Shown here: piece by piece, positions 46,401-59,300 of the stretch
How the letters are laid out: each line of letters starts with the position of its first letter
Numbering within the stretch: position 1 is the stretch's first letter
Assembly: GCF_964204645.1 (NCBI RefSeq)
Contig: NC_134032.1
Coordinates: 14,372,275 to 14,436,274, forward strand
Source of the DNA: Tubulanus polymorphus
Taxonomy: Eukaryota; Animalia; Nemertea
Reading direction: 5' to 3'
DNA length: 64,000 nt
The notes under the pieces: model-generated
Seen by the model: only the letters and a program-made list of their open reading frames with translations
Told to the model about the DNA's origin: nothing
The model's database searches: none
Position numbers and translations under genes: made by a program

Positions 46401-49236
46401 CCCCCCTCCCCCTCATCATTAAATATTTACGTTCGACTGAAAATTGATGGTGAGGAAATTAATTTCTCGTTTTCATTGTCAGTCGACGAACAAACGTCCG
46501 TTAGTGCGAATATTACAAGGTTAGAATGAATTAGAATAGACTCTAAAACGTACAAAGAGTACATGAATAAATTCAGCAGCTGAAAATAATATTCAGCATC
46601 AGAGCAGAAAATATCAGGGCTTCGGCCCGGATCAGGCCTGAGCCAATTCAGCCCGTGCTTAATTAGTCGAGTCGATACTAAACAATGCTTGATTAAAATA
46701 AAGTGAAACGAGTCAATTTTAGCCGTGCTGAAATCGGCTCGGACCTGGACGGGCTGAAAAACGCTTTGTGTGATCGTGGTGAGGATTTACTAGTGTCGTT
46801 ATTCCACTGTACTGAATATCGTCTTAGAATAATTTGGAAATTATCTTTCTTTTTTTTTAATGATTTTTTTTTCAATTCACTCCTTACACTGCTCGACATG
46901 AACCGCGCACGTTAAAACCTCTGTTCAATGTAGTAGTTTAGTATAGTAATAAAGGCAGTTATAGTAAAGAATCCATCGAGTACATATTATCGTCACTTCG
47001 TCGGCTCTTCCCAAGCTTCATTCCTGGGTCATCAATTCAACTGATATTCGTATTATTTTCAACGTACTACGCTTCAAATTGGAAATACAAATTCAGACTA
47101 GAAAATAGAAGTGATCTCGGCGAGTGATGTGAAAATTGTCCGATGATGAATTAACCGAGAACGTTATTCTAGGAACAACAATTTGATTTAACGATTATTG
47201 CTTCGTCTAATATTATTGTCAGAAATATGAATTCAATTTCGTAATCTTTACGGGGAAAACAATAGAATTATGATTTTACAATCCGAGGCATGACATCTGT
47301 GAATGTACTCCGGGTTAAATAGATGTCTTTGATGTTTGAGACTATAGCTCTATCAATCCTTTGTTTACCGATCAGATGTTGGTTCCTGGTGCACGGCGCG
47401 CGCGCGAGTTCAAGCTTCGGCGCTTCTATTGAAAACGCAGTAAAATCACAAGAGAACACAGAATAGTTATATCAGTTATATCATCGTTCATTGTCATACC
47501 TTTGATTTTAAAGGGAGAACCTGAAAAGAGAAATTGATATTCAAACGATCATTTATTCAGCGTTTACCTACCCCTCTCCGCTGCTGGGGAATATTTCCAG
47601 AATAAAGAATTCCACAATTCCGTATTTAAAAGCATCCTGCAATTCGCTTATTCCACAATTGCTTAAAACAATAGAGATATGACTTATCGCAATTTTCGCC
47701 ACAAAAAGATATAAAAATTATCCACCGTCTAAATCCGAAGATATATCCTCGAAAAAAAAAAATTTCCCGCGGAAGAATTCCACATTTTGATATTTAATTT
47801 CCACAATTGGTTGGAAAAAAAACACAACATTTCGATATTTCAAAACGTATTCGACAAATCTCGATAGCGTTATACAGCTGATGCTGAAGCTCTCGCTCGC
47901 TTGTCGCAGCTTCTCAATTCGGTCCATCCGAGATCTCTGAATCTCTTTGTTCCGATCGAGTCTTTTATATCGATATCCGCATCATTTTTATTCATGACCA
48001 TCGTGATATCCGCATCATTTTTATTCATGACCATCGTCGTCGTCGTATAGAAGAAGTGGGCGGAGCCGACATAAAAAATGAGCCGGATTGATTGACAGGT
48101 CATTATCGTATACGCATGAAAAAACTACTCATCATTCAAAAGTGGGCGGAGTCGGCGTAAAAAGCGTCGGATCAAGTGAATTATTTTATCGCGAACGATC
48201 TCGATATTTTTGTAGGCGGAGTCTGTTTAGAATAAGCGTGATTGACGGCTGTAAAAAATTGTATTTCCTGTTGATAAAAGGCGTTAAGATGAAAAAGAAA
48301 ATATCGGGCTTAAGGTGTATTTATTTTCATTGTAAACGGGCTTTAAAAACTTTTTGAACCATTTTGAATGCAAAAAAGATTAGATGTGTTTCGTGGTGAA
48401 TTTTTCGTAACAAAAAATCATTTAGTAATTTTTCGGAAATTTATGGAAATCTTTTAACTATTTGAAGAAAAAAAAAAGTTTTGTTTTTTTTTCAAACTTT
48501 TTTCGATGATTGCAAAATATCGTTATTTGCAAATCTGTAGTCAGAGAAATGTGGAATGATAAGAATCGATCCCCCCAGCTCCCGGTGTTCCACCCTGCTT
48601 CCCGCTCCCCGCAGCACTCTGATGTCATGTTTTGTCAATACAGTAATAGTAGATTATTGTGTATCGATCCCCCTCACTTGCTGCAGCCTGCAGCTATCGG
48701 TATCTCCTACATTACGTAACTTAGAGAATAAGAATTCATGCAATTTCTATCTTTGATGACGAACCTCTTCTCATCATCTCTTTCCTCGTCATCTCTCCTC
48801 GTCGTCGTCCTCTCAGTGGAAAGGTTAACAGAGAAATGTACTCTGTCGGTTGCCTTGACGATCGATATTGTAGAGACTAATTTAACCAGCTTCTGCAGCA
48901 GCAGCGAGAGATGATGACTCCAGTCGCCGACGACAACAGTGACAACGGGAATTTGTGATGGAATTTTAAACCGCGGCCGTCAATATTTCATAATTAATTC
49001 TTGGTCTATATTTATGTATTTATTAATATATATATAGATTTTTCTCGTTTTACATGCGAGGGGGGCAATGACCTGGAAGTCCTTAAAAAAAAAGACTTGC
49101 AAAAGAATCTTGAAACAAATCATGGAAAACTCGGGAAGTTTATTGACAAATTTTGCCAAAAAGTTGGAAAATTCTGGGAATTCGGATATTGTTTATAAAT
49201 GAGCAGAAAGTGGCACCACCCAGTTTTTAGGGGAAC

Positions 49237-49500
49237 AGGACCGAGTTCTACAGTTGTGAACAGTCTTACAACTGTAGAATTAGATCCTGAGTTCAGAGTT
49301 AACTCTAACTCACAACCTGTGGAACTGGATCCTGAGTTCACGGTCAACTCTTAACCATAACTGTGGACCTGAGTCCAGGGTTTACTCTTAAAACTTACAA
49401 CCGTAGAACTGGGTCCTGAGTTCAAAGTTATCTCTTAACTCACAAACTGTGGAACTGGATCCTGAGTTCACAGTTAACTCTTAACTCACAACTGTGATAC
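49237..49500. repeat. Tandemly reiterated MITE right ends (actgtggaactggatcctgagttc)
   Basis: Same family as 10025-10223. Confidence 0.65.
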
Positions 49501-51759
49501 TATACTCAGTTTTTGAAATACAATACCACAAAAATTGATTTTTTTAAGTTCTCAAAAAAACATTTCCAATCTTTCTTTTTTTTAGTTTTTTTTATTCAAC
49601 TTCGTATTCAAAATTCCTGTTTTCGTAAAAGAAATGATGACAAATTTTCTGCGCCTAATCTCGTCGTCATCGTCAACAGACCATTGATTAACAATCGTTG
49701 TTGTGGTCAGTATCTCGGCGGTGCGTTAATGACCAGTTGAACTCCACGTGACCTTCTGTCCTGTCAACAAGGTCACCAGTTTCTCAGTCGATGCTGTTAA
49801 TGTATTCGATAAAACGCAATCGGAAAAATGAAATTCGAGAATTAAGATTTTCAGTGAAAATAAGAATTTAATAATAATAGTAATAATAATAATAATGATA
49901 ATAATAATAATAATAATAATCTTTATTTACATTGAAATAATAACATGATATAACACTCAGTTTTATAGATACATAATTAAATAGATTTTTGATTTTTGAT
50001 ATACTCGATATCGATTGTAGGATATGTTTTGACGTGCGGGGGTCAAGTTTTTGAATTGTGTACTTTAAGAACGTTCTTAAGGCGGAAAAAGACGTGTTTG
50101 GCCTTGAAAACATGTCGTATTGCCGTCCGTTTTGTAAATCTATTGAAAAACCATTTACTTATAGAACGCCTCCTCGATAAGGCCGGAGATGGGAATTTTT
50201 CATTTTACACCAACTGTTGATGCTTCGAGATTCAAAACTTAAATGTGTTAACTTTTTCTAGCTTTAACTGTTTTAATTGTTTTTGCCTTTTGCACTTGAT
50301 TCGGCCTTATCTAAAGCTGTATAAACTTCACATGAAAATCTTTAGCCCTCTCTTGCGAATGCGTATATGTGAAACTATGATTGAATTCATTTGGCCTGAA
50401 TGTTTGACCTGTGTCCAGTTTAATGGTTTCTATTGTTGTAGTTTATTTCGCATTCAGAAAAACAGTGAATTAATTTCCCTCTGGATTGACACACTGACCC
50501 GCTCCCCTACCCCCCTCTATTGTTTGTATTCAGCTGTTTTGTGCACGAATGAATTTTAAAGGATTAAGACTTGTTTTGATTTTATTAATTTCTCCAATAG
50601 GTCCATACCATTAAAGCTGTAAATAGTGATTCCGGGAAGAGAATTGTCGTAAAATCTTAAACGCTGAACTTTAGAATATTCTAGTGGAGGATATTTTTAT
50701 CTATCGAAATGTTTCGTTAACGTCAAAACTCAAAAAGCGGTTTGCATATTATTTTCATAGAGAGACGAATTTTTGATTTGTATTTGCCATCCATTTATTA
50801 AACTCAGTACCTGCCGGTGCCTGTCGTTCTTTGCTGTTGCAGACTGGCTCGGGTTCTGTTGCTCGAAGGCAGCTTCTGGTCAGGTACTCGTACCGCATCT
50901 GTCTGGACCGGTACTGGAGACCTGTAGCTGACTGAGCATTAAACGCTGCATTTGACTAGACGGCTACTGGTTACTGGAAGACCACGGGATTAATGTTAAA
51001 TAAAGAGGTTATTAGAGTTGTTTAAGGCGTGGTCACTTTTACCTCAAACCGTGTTTGATATTTGAAACTGATATAAGAGAAGTATCAATTAGCCACATTT
51101 TCATTGCTTTGTCTAATCCCACATATGAGACGAGAATAAAATCTGAGTTTCTCAGGATAATGATATTGATGATGATAATGATATGTCATATCAATGACTG
51201 ATCTATAACAATCCGTTATAAATAAATAGCTGTTATGAAAGTTTCCGATGTGAGATACAGCGCCCAGTTACGCAGTCGTAACTTCACCCCAAAAGTGGCC
51301 TTAAATATTTCAAAGATCTGTTTTAAGTCGTTATCTTAGTCAGTCTTAGACTGGTCTTAAAAAACCAAGCAATGACTGCGCAACTGGCATCATCGAGACT
51401 TTCTATTGGTCAATGATTCTCGTAAAAAGTTCCGACTCTATTGGTTTCAACTGTCTACAATTCATTTGATAAAGAAAAACTCCCGAATTACATAGAAAAC
51501 CTAAGGGGCTCAATTAATAAACTTTGAAAATGTTCTTGCGCTCTGATATTTGATAGTATTTTAGTTATCTTATTCCTTTCGTTTCAGACAGCCGTTAGTG
51601 GACAGCAATGGATGCTGGAGAAAATGATGAAAATGAGGATGAAGATGATAATACGATGATGATTGACGATGATGATGGGAATGATACAAACTAGTAAAGA
51701 GTTGTTTTGTATGATGTAAGTACCACCAGTAGCAGTCACCATTGGGAGAAAGATGCAAT

Positions 51760-52096
51760 ACCCAGTTCCACAGTTCCACAGTTCCACAGTATTGGACCCA
51801 GTTCCACGGTTCATGGGTTTATTTTGAAATGTTTTAATCGTGGAAACATTTTGAGAACTGTGGAACTGGATCCACAGAACTGTGGAACTGGATCCACAGA
51901 ACTGTGGAACTGGATCCACAGAACTGTGGAACTGGATACACAGAACTGTGGAACTGGATACACAGAACTGTGGAACTGGATTCTGAACTAAGTATCTGGA
52001 TCCTGAACTGCGGAACTGAGTCCTGAACTGCGGAACTCAGTCCTGAACTGTGGAACTGGATCTGAAACTGTGGAACTGGATACACAGAACTGTGAA
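51760..52096. repeat. 22/20-bp satellite (gaactgtggaactggatccaca) facing inverted copies at 51760-51812
   Basis: Period 51855 to 51877. Confidence 0.85.
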
Positions 52097-54232
52097 ATGT
52101 AGACAAATTTTGTAAGATATACAAATTTACTTATAAAAATGATCATTGATCAATTTGTTTGTTCTGGTGAATGATTAACTAATGGTTTTCATCAGCAGGG
52201 AGCCTAGAAAATAAATAAACTACCCCATTGACCCTTCCATCACTCCCCTTCCCTTTGACTACCAGGTATTTCATTTATGGGGGGGGGGTATTTTTTTAAG
52301 TTAATCCCCTTGCTTCGCGTGATGTAATGTTTTTGGGGATTAAAAGAGATTAACAGAGGGATTAACTCATTAGATAATCCCTTCACAGCTGAGTTCATGT
52401 AAACCCTTGAAACGCTATAAAGATGTGTACAGGTATTATAGTGTTTTCCCGAACAGTTTGTTAAGGGAGAAAGTTCATTCTGGGGTCAGAACATTAAGTC
52501 TTACGTAAACGCGTATTTTTGATAGAATGGGGCCCTGGTAAGCGATGATAAAGGTCAAGCTTGTGTTCTTGATTGTTGTTAGGTGATAAAATAATTCCCG
52601 TTGGCCGCGCGTTTTTGGGGGGAGAGGGTCCAGGGGGGTCAGGTGCTTTAGATATCGAGTTGCTTGTGTTGTTGATGAAGTTAACCGTTGAGAAAGTAAA
52701 CTGTTGTATTGGTCATCGGCCAATAAATACCTAACCCTGATCTCTACGAACCATGCTCGCAAACAATGTGAAAAATTCACTGATAATGATATATAACACT
52801 ATAAACGCTTAGAGTTCATCGTATGAGCAAATGATTAGAAAACAAAAACAACGCCAGGTAAAAAGTTGATCTTAATTTGATAAAAGTCATTCATTGTTCT
52901 TTAGACAATCGTTCGTTGAAGCTTATAGTGATTTAAGATACTGAAACGTGATATAAGTTTTCCGAGTACCTACTTTATACCTGGTCACTCACGTGAGGGT
53001 GAAAATTTAGTTATAGACCTTTTTTGTATTGGGAAAGAATAGTTATTCTCAAACATGTATTTGTAAATTATGTTTAATTAGTGGTTTTAAATGTTAAATA
53101 AAAGTTCTTCCAAGAATTGTCTCAACATCTAGCAGTGATGGAGGTTTGAAAGGTTAAAGACGTTCAGAGTTGTGAGGATGAGTGGATGAGGGACCGACAT
53201 GTTGTGAGGTACTGAGAGGCTGTGAGGATGGAATGTTTTGCGATCTGAGAGGCCGATGAGACTGAGGATGGAAATATTGTGAGGTTCTGAGAGGCTGTGA
53301 GGATGAAATGTTGTGAGGCTGTGATGAGAATAAAGAATAGTAAATGTACTTGAGAAGTTGATCAATCGAAGCCCATCCCATATTTCTGAGTGAGAGATAG
53401 TTCTAAAATACATACCTCACAGAAATGTGAGCTGATAATATATCATCACTAGTAGGGCACTAGGATTTACAACTACATACACTATACACGCGGGTTCACG
53501 TGTACTTTTATAAATAACACCCGGAGAAAACTATGTATCAAAGAGGATATATGAGTTCCCTCTCAACTCTCTCTCTCCTATCGATATCTCGATGATAAAA
53601 TATCGATGGGTTCTACGGTCAGGTTCGAACTGCTTGTTCAAGGTATGTGCACGTTTATTTCAATTGTCTATCTACAAAGTTAAGAAAATGATTTTTTAAG
53701 CTAAAAATAGGGGTCTTTTCGGAATCGACCAACGACGCCTCGTAATCTTAGACAATTTCAGTCTTATTTTCTGACGAAGTTTTTAATGCAAGAATGCAGT
53801 CGTATGAGTTCATATCCGATTAGATTTTTGAACATGCGTATGAGTAATTCTATGTGAAGAAAGTTGATTTTTGGACCTACCGGTAGCTTAAATTATCAAA
53901 TGCTAAAATTGATAAGCTAGAAAAGCTGGATGGATTTTGGGAAATGCTGGTCAAATATATATTATATATTATAATACAAGCCTACAGTGATTGATAAAAA
54001 CCAACGTCTATCAAATCAGACTGTATTAGTGAACAATCGATCAATTCGTTATCTGTTAATGTGTATTTTGGTCAGTAAGATTATAACCCCCCTCCCCCCC
54101 CCCCTGAAGGGAGGACTCCCTCATCAGCTGGTCAACTCTCAAAACGTTATCTTATCAAAAGCATGAAAATATATCAGATAAAACAAATAAAATTTGCTAA
54201 TCTTTTATAAACAGAGTTTGAGTTGAGATAAA

Positions 54233-54293
<61 letters not shown>

Positions 54294-54889
54294 CTCTCAG
54301 AGAAACAATGGTGTTTTCTGATATATCGCGATCATTTTCTGATATATCGCGATCGACGCATAGATATATCAAATTAATATCGGTCATTTTTGTGACCGTT
54401 CTCTCCAGCGCGGACCTGCGGTAGGTGATGTTACGAGCGTGATTTTAAAAATCTTTCAATTTTATAAATTTTTCTCTAATGGAGAAGTGAATCTGCCCGC
54501 GGGCGACGACGGTAGCCCGCGGGCGACGATGATGATGGGTTATTATTTTCTATTTGAGATTCATGAACACGCCCGGACAGTCTCTCCGATAATTGTCAAA
54601 TATCGTTTTACTCGCCGAGTGTATGGGACGCGTCAAGCCGGGGTTTTATTCAATTTGAAAAAATACGAACACGCATTTTCAACCGCGTGAAATCAAGATT
54701 TACAAATCGACTCCTTGATAGATGTAGAATAAATCGAAAAAGAAAATTAAAAATACCTAATCAATTAAGAGTTAAATTTCTTTTGCGAAACTGGCGCCCG
54801 AACTTATTCAATAAATACGTGTATGAAGTGTCAAAACCGGCAATGAAAAAATTGAAACTTAAATAAATTTCTCATCTATATACATGTGT

Positions 54890-55262
54890 ATTATATACAT
54901 GTATAGGTACATGTATATATGTATAGGTACATGTATATATGTATAGGTACATGTATATATGTATAGGTACATGTGTATATGTATAGGTACATGTATATAT
55001 GTATATGTACATGTATATATGTATATGTACATGTAAATATGTATAGGTACATGTATATATGTATAGGTATATGTATATATGTATAGGTATATGTATAGGT
55101 ACATGTATATATGTATATATGTATATGTACATGTATATATGTATAGGTACATGTATATATGTAAATGTACATGTATATATGTATAGGTACATGTATATAT
55201 GTATATGTACATGTATATATGTACATGTATATATGTAAATGTACATGTATTTTTGTATAGGT
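54890..55262. repeat. 20-bp AT-rich minisatellite (gtataggtacatgtatatat)
   Basis: Direct reading. Confidence 0.92.
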
Positions 55263-56039
55263 ATGTGCAGTGATGTCGCAACAATAATGAAAAACATAGA
55301 GATTTCAAAAATTGTATGTATTTCCGGAATCTCTTGTTTAGCGTTTGTTCAGTTTAACGAGTATGGACTGCAAGAAACGGTCCAAACAACTAATTTAGTA
55401 CCAATTCCGTTTTTAGAATTCACACAAAAATGGATACCTCTTTATTTCATAGAGGAGGGCTTAGAAGAAACGCCATGTATATATATGCCTTTAATTTTCA
55501 TAAATGAAAGATACTTACCCCGCGTAAAGAATTGGGATCGGTTTTAATGCCGTTTGTATTTATCTCATAAACCTGTGATTTAAACTGGGATTAGTAACAA
55601 ATATATTCAATTGAGCGTGCCCAACCTCCGCTTGCCGGCCCACACCTGTCGTCATGGCCCTCGTAAATTGTTGCATGGATTAAACTATAAACGCAAGCTG
55701 CTGTATTTGACTTAGTGACCCTGGACTCTGCTGCTGTTTTAAAATGTTTTAGATTTCAACGTTTGTTAACATCTACTTAAATTGTATTTCATGCGATAGA
55801 TCTGTTTTGTGTAAGTTTGAATACTGATTGTAAAAATGAATATCGAGTGGTCACTCGTCTGGCGGTGCGGGTGTGGGTTTTTCTCGGACCTGCTGGTAGG
55901 TGTGGGTTAATGTTGGTAACATATTGTCCGTGGTCCCTATTAACACGCAGGCCTCGGATTTTTAAGGAAAAAAAGGTATTTTTCCAATGGATATGAACGT
56001 ATTTTCGGTAAAACTTGTATATTAAAAAAAAAATTGAAA

Positions 56040-56210
56040 GTACTGCTCTCAGTAAATAAAGCCCTAGCTCAAAGCCATTCCCCTTGTCAAACCCTGTAGC
56101 ATCGCGATATATCTTTGCCATAACCCTTATGGTATATCTCCCGCCTCACCGGGATTTGAACCTGGGCCCTCCCGACTCAAACCCAAAGTCCTACCACTAG
56201 ACCATAGAAC
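56040..56210 (-). mobile_element. tRNA-derived SINE
   Basis: Minus strand has A box TGGTCTAGTGG and B box GGTTCAAATCCC, but acceptor and anticodon stems do not pair; continues into a non-tRNA body. Confidence 0.6.
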
Positions 56211-56256
56211 TGTAGTGTACGGAAGTTTGCGTGGTCAGTGAGGTGACCATTTAGTT

Positions 56257-56370
56257 GTGGTGACTGATGACCAGTCAGGTGTGGTGACTGATGACCAGTC
56301 AGACGTGGTGACTGATGACCAGTCAGACGTGGTGACTGATGACCAGTCAGGCGTGGTGATTGGTGATCAG
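56257..56370. repeat. 24-bp tandem repeat (gtggtgactgatgaccagtcagac)
   Basis: Period 56281 to 56305. Confidence 0.85.
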
Positions 56371-59300
56371 GACAAGTTGTGTGGGAGGTAGCAAAAATAA
56401 TTCACCATGACCTGGTCAGTTGTTTCTAGTGACTTCACCACTGGTCAGTTGTTTCTAGTGACTTGACCACTGATCATTTGTTTCTAGTTAGTGATGTGCT
56501 ATTCATTTAATTCGGTGCTAATTCAGTTACAATGAAAAGCGTTTTCTCTGTATTTTACTGAATCTTATTTCCTGAGACTGAATTTCTATGAAATTATTTT
56601 ACGCGGCTGTTAATGATATTTTGTATCCACCCTAGAAACATGAGTTTCGTGATTTGTAAATGATTGAAGCTCTCCGATGTCTTTGACGTATTCTGTTTGT
56701 CTCGGTTGTTCGTGACTTCTGAAAATTTGATATATTATTTGATGTATCTACCGATTAGAAAATTAAGAACATTTTCACTTCTCGTGAAATATTGACAAAT
56801 GAGATAATAAGAGTGGTATAAAAAGTCTTACATTTCTATCAGCTGGACTTAAGTAATCTACCCCTTCAACCCTTCACCCTCTCGATCAAGGTTTGAGTTT
56901 AAATTGAACCGTTAGAATATTCTTTCCACTTTGTTTATAACTAATACATTTAGGTAAACATTAATATTGGGAATGAAAATATTGTTAAAACTCAAATATG
57001 TGTTTTCTATAGATGAGATCCATATAGTCTAATAATAGACAAGTCATCTGTATCTATAGTGTGCGAATATAGGCTTTCTTTTACGGGCGAGATTTCAAAC
57101 TATTTTTAGGGTTTAGAGAGAATTTACTATAGAGCCCATTTTTCAATGGTCTGAATTTTACACTCAATTTAAATGTCGAATTAAATAAACTATTCAAATA
57201 AACTATCAGTGGCGATTCACAATATCCTGTGTTTTATTGTCAGAAGCACATCCTCCCTCCCCTCTCTCTCTCTCTCTCTACCTCCCTGGGTCTCGACTCA
57301 ACAACAAGAATATAATGTTTGGCATGTGTTACATAACACAAAGCAGAGCTCGGGTTTTAATTCTATATGAAATGTTATTTTTAGCCTCACGCAGGGAACC
57401 AGCTGACCAATGGCTATTCGATTTGTATATTTTCTTTAAACATGGTTAGTTTTATTAGAAGAACAGCATCACCTGGTTAACCAGGTACCCCCAACCTTCT
57501 CTCTCTGTCTCTATCAGTCGCAAGAGTTGAAACAGTTCTGACCTGTATTTTATTTCGAAATCTCTAGGATTTAAACAAACGGTTGAAGAAAACAAGCGTC
57601 AGTCAGAAATATCGGTGGTGAGTGCATTTTCATTTCAATCCATATTCACTTGTATTTTACAACGTGCTGCAACTTTTCAAAGAGATTTTTTGCCGATAAA
57701 AAAGAATCAAATTTCTTATGATAACTGAATGAATTTTAGGGGCAGACGTACTTACAAGTAATCTGTGCGAATTCCTGGTTTATTGGCAACATTTTCTTAG
57801 TTGAATATTTTGTTTTTTTGGTTATAGATTTTTAAGGTAATTTGCAAGATGATGACTATGGGCAAATTCAACAAAGGTCCCTCTGAGTTGCTGGTCCCCT
57901 CCCCTCCTGAGTTGCTGGACTAGTCCCGAGTTGCCGGACTAGTCCCAAGTTCCAAGGAGAAAGTTAATGTCTGAAGAAATTGAATGAATGAATTCATTTT
58001 CTCAAATATGTGAACATGGGTATAAAAATTTTGTTTAAAAATAAAAATAAAAATCACTACATATTAATTGAAAATTTACATATATGAGGGGGACATCCCC
58101 GAGCCGTTAGATGAGGGGGACATCCCCGAGCCGTTAGAGCTTTATGTCTGGTATTTACTTATTGCATCTGGCTAAATTTCTGACAATTTTTAGATTCAAG
58201 AAAAGGCTGTCGTTCATATTGATAGTAACCTTCCTACTCCTACCCTCTACCCTCTACCCCCCTCAAGAGCAGGGATAATTAGAAAAATATTTCGTATAGG
58301 TTACGCAGACTTGGGTAAAATTCAACTTACCGGAATGAACGGTCGTAAAAGTGTCGAATTAACATCGAAATACTCGATCACACTTTGAAAATAGATAGAT
58401 ACCGGCGAGGGTTTGAGGATAAGAGCTTTCGATAAGAGGGTTAGAAGAAAATGAGCGTTATATAATTTGATAAGTAATGATGAACTAGCAGTGGTCAGTA
58501 CCGGTCAGTCAGATAGAGATTCAAATCAACCGCAGCTGTTTTTGAGAAAGATCAGAGAGTTATTGGAGATATTTAAAAATAGTAACTCATTGCTCAAACT
58601 AACTGTCAATACTTTCTCTCTCTTTCGCTGTATCCTCCCTTCGGCATTTTAGTTACATAATAAGACTCACTTGCCACAGCTTCGGGGAGTGATTGACTGC
58701 ATATTTTGGAGATGGTTTTGGAAAAACCTTTCAGGAACAACGAGAATATCTTATGTATTTGCGTTTGAAATGGGCTTTACCGAAACAAATAGAGAATTGT
58801 TGGGCCTTTTATAGAAGACGACTCAATATTTTCAGTAGAAATACATTTTTTTCAAAAGTTGCTTCTACATAATTGAAAGGACATTCCTTAGCCTAAAGGC
58901 TGTACCAAAAAATGGGGGATTCCCTGGAGATGAAAAAAAAACAAAATCCACCGCCACCAATCACGGAAACGACGAAACAATAATGTTTTTATAAGAACCA
59001 GGAATAGAATATTCAGCAAATCTTTTTGATGAATTAAACATTTCAAACTTGTTTACGGGTTCGTTATTCTGACATGTCTAAAAATAAGACTCTCCTCGAG
59101 AGATTGAGCTGCCAATAGACTGAGCTGCTGCCGGCTGGTAAGATTATCTAATCAAACTCCCATCTCATCAAATCTATTTTCATAAAAACCTCCACTCGCT
59201 CCGTACAGACTCACATGCAGCTGTCTGTTTTCACAACTCGCTGACCACTCATTAGAAATTCTTTTACTTATATAAGGACTTTATTCTATGAGCCAATTTC

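Noticed and set aside
54859-55308. Tyr/Ile/His-rich ORFs
   Set aside because: Translations of the 20-bp AT-rich minisatellite.
56143-56210. Functional tRNA gene on the minus strand
   Set aside because: A and B boxes are present, but acceptor and anticodon stems do not pair; treated as a SINE head. tRNAscan-SE would settle it.
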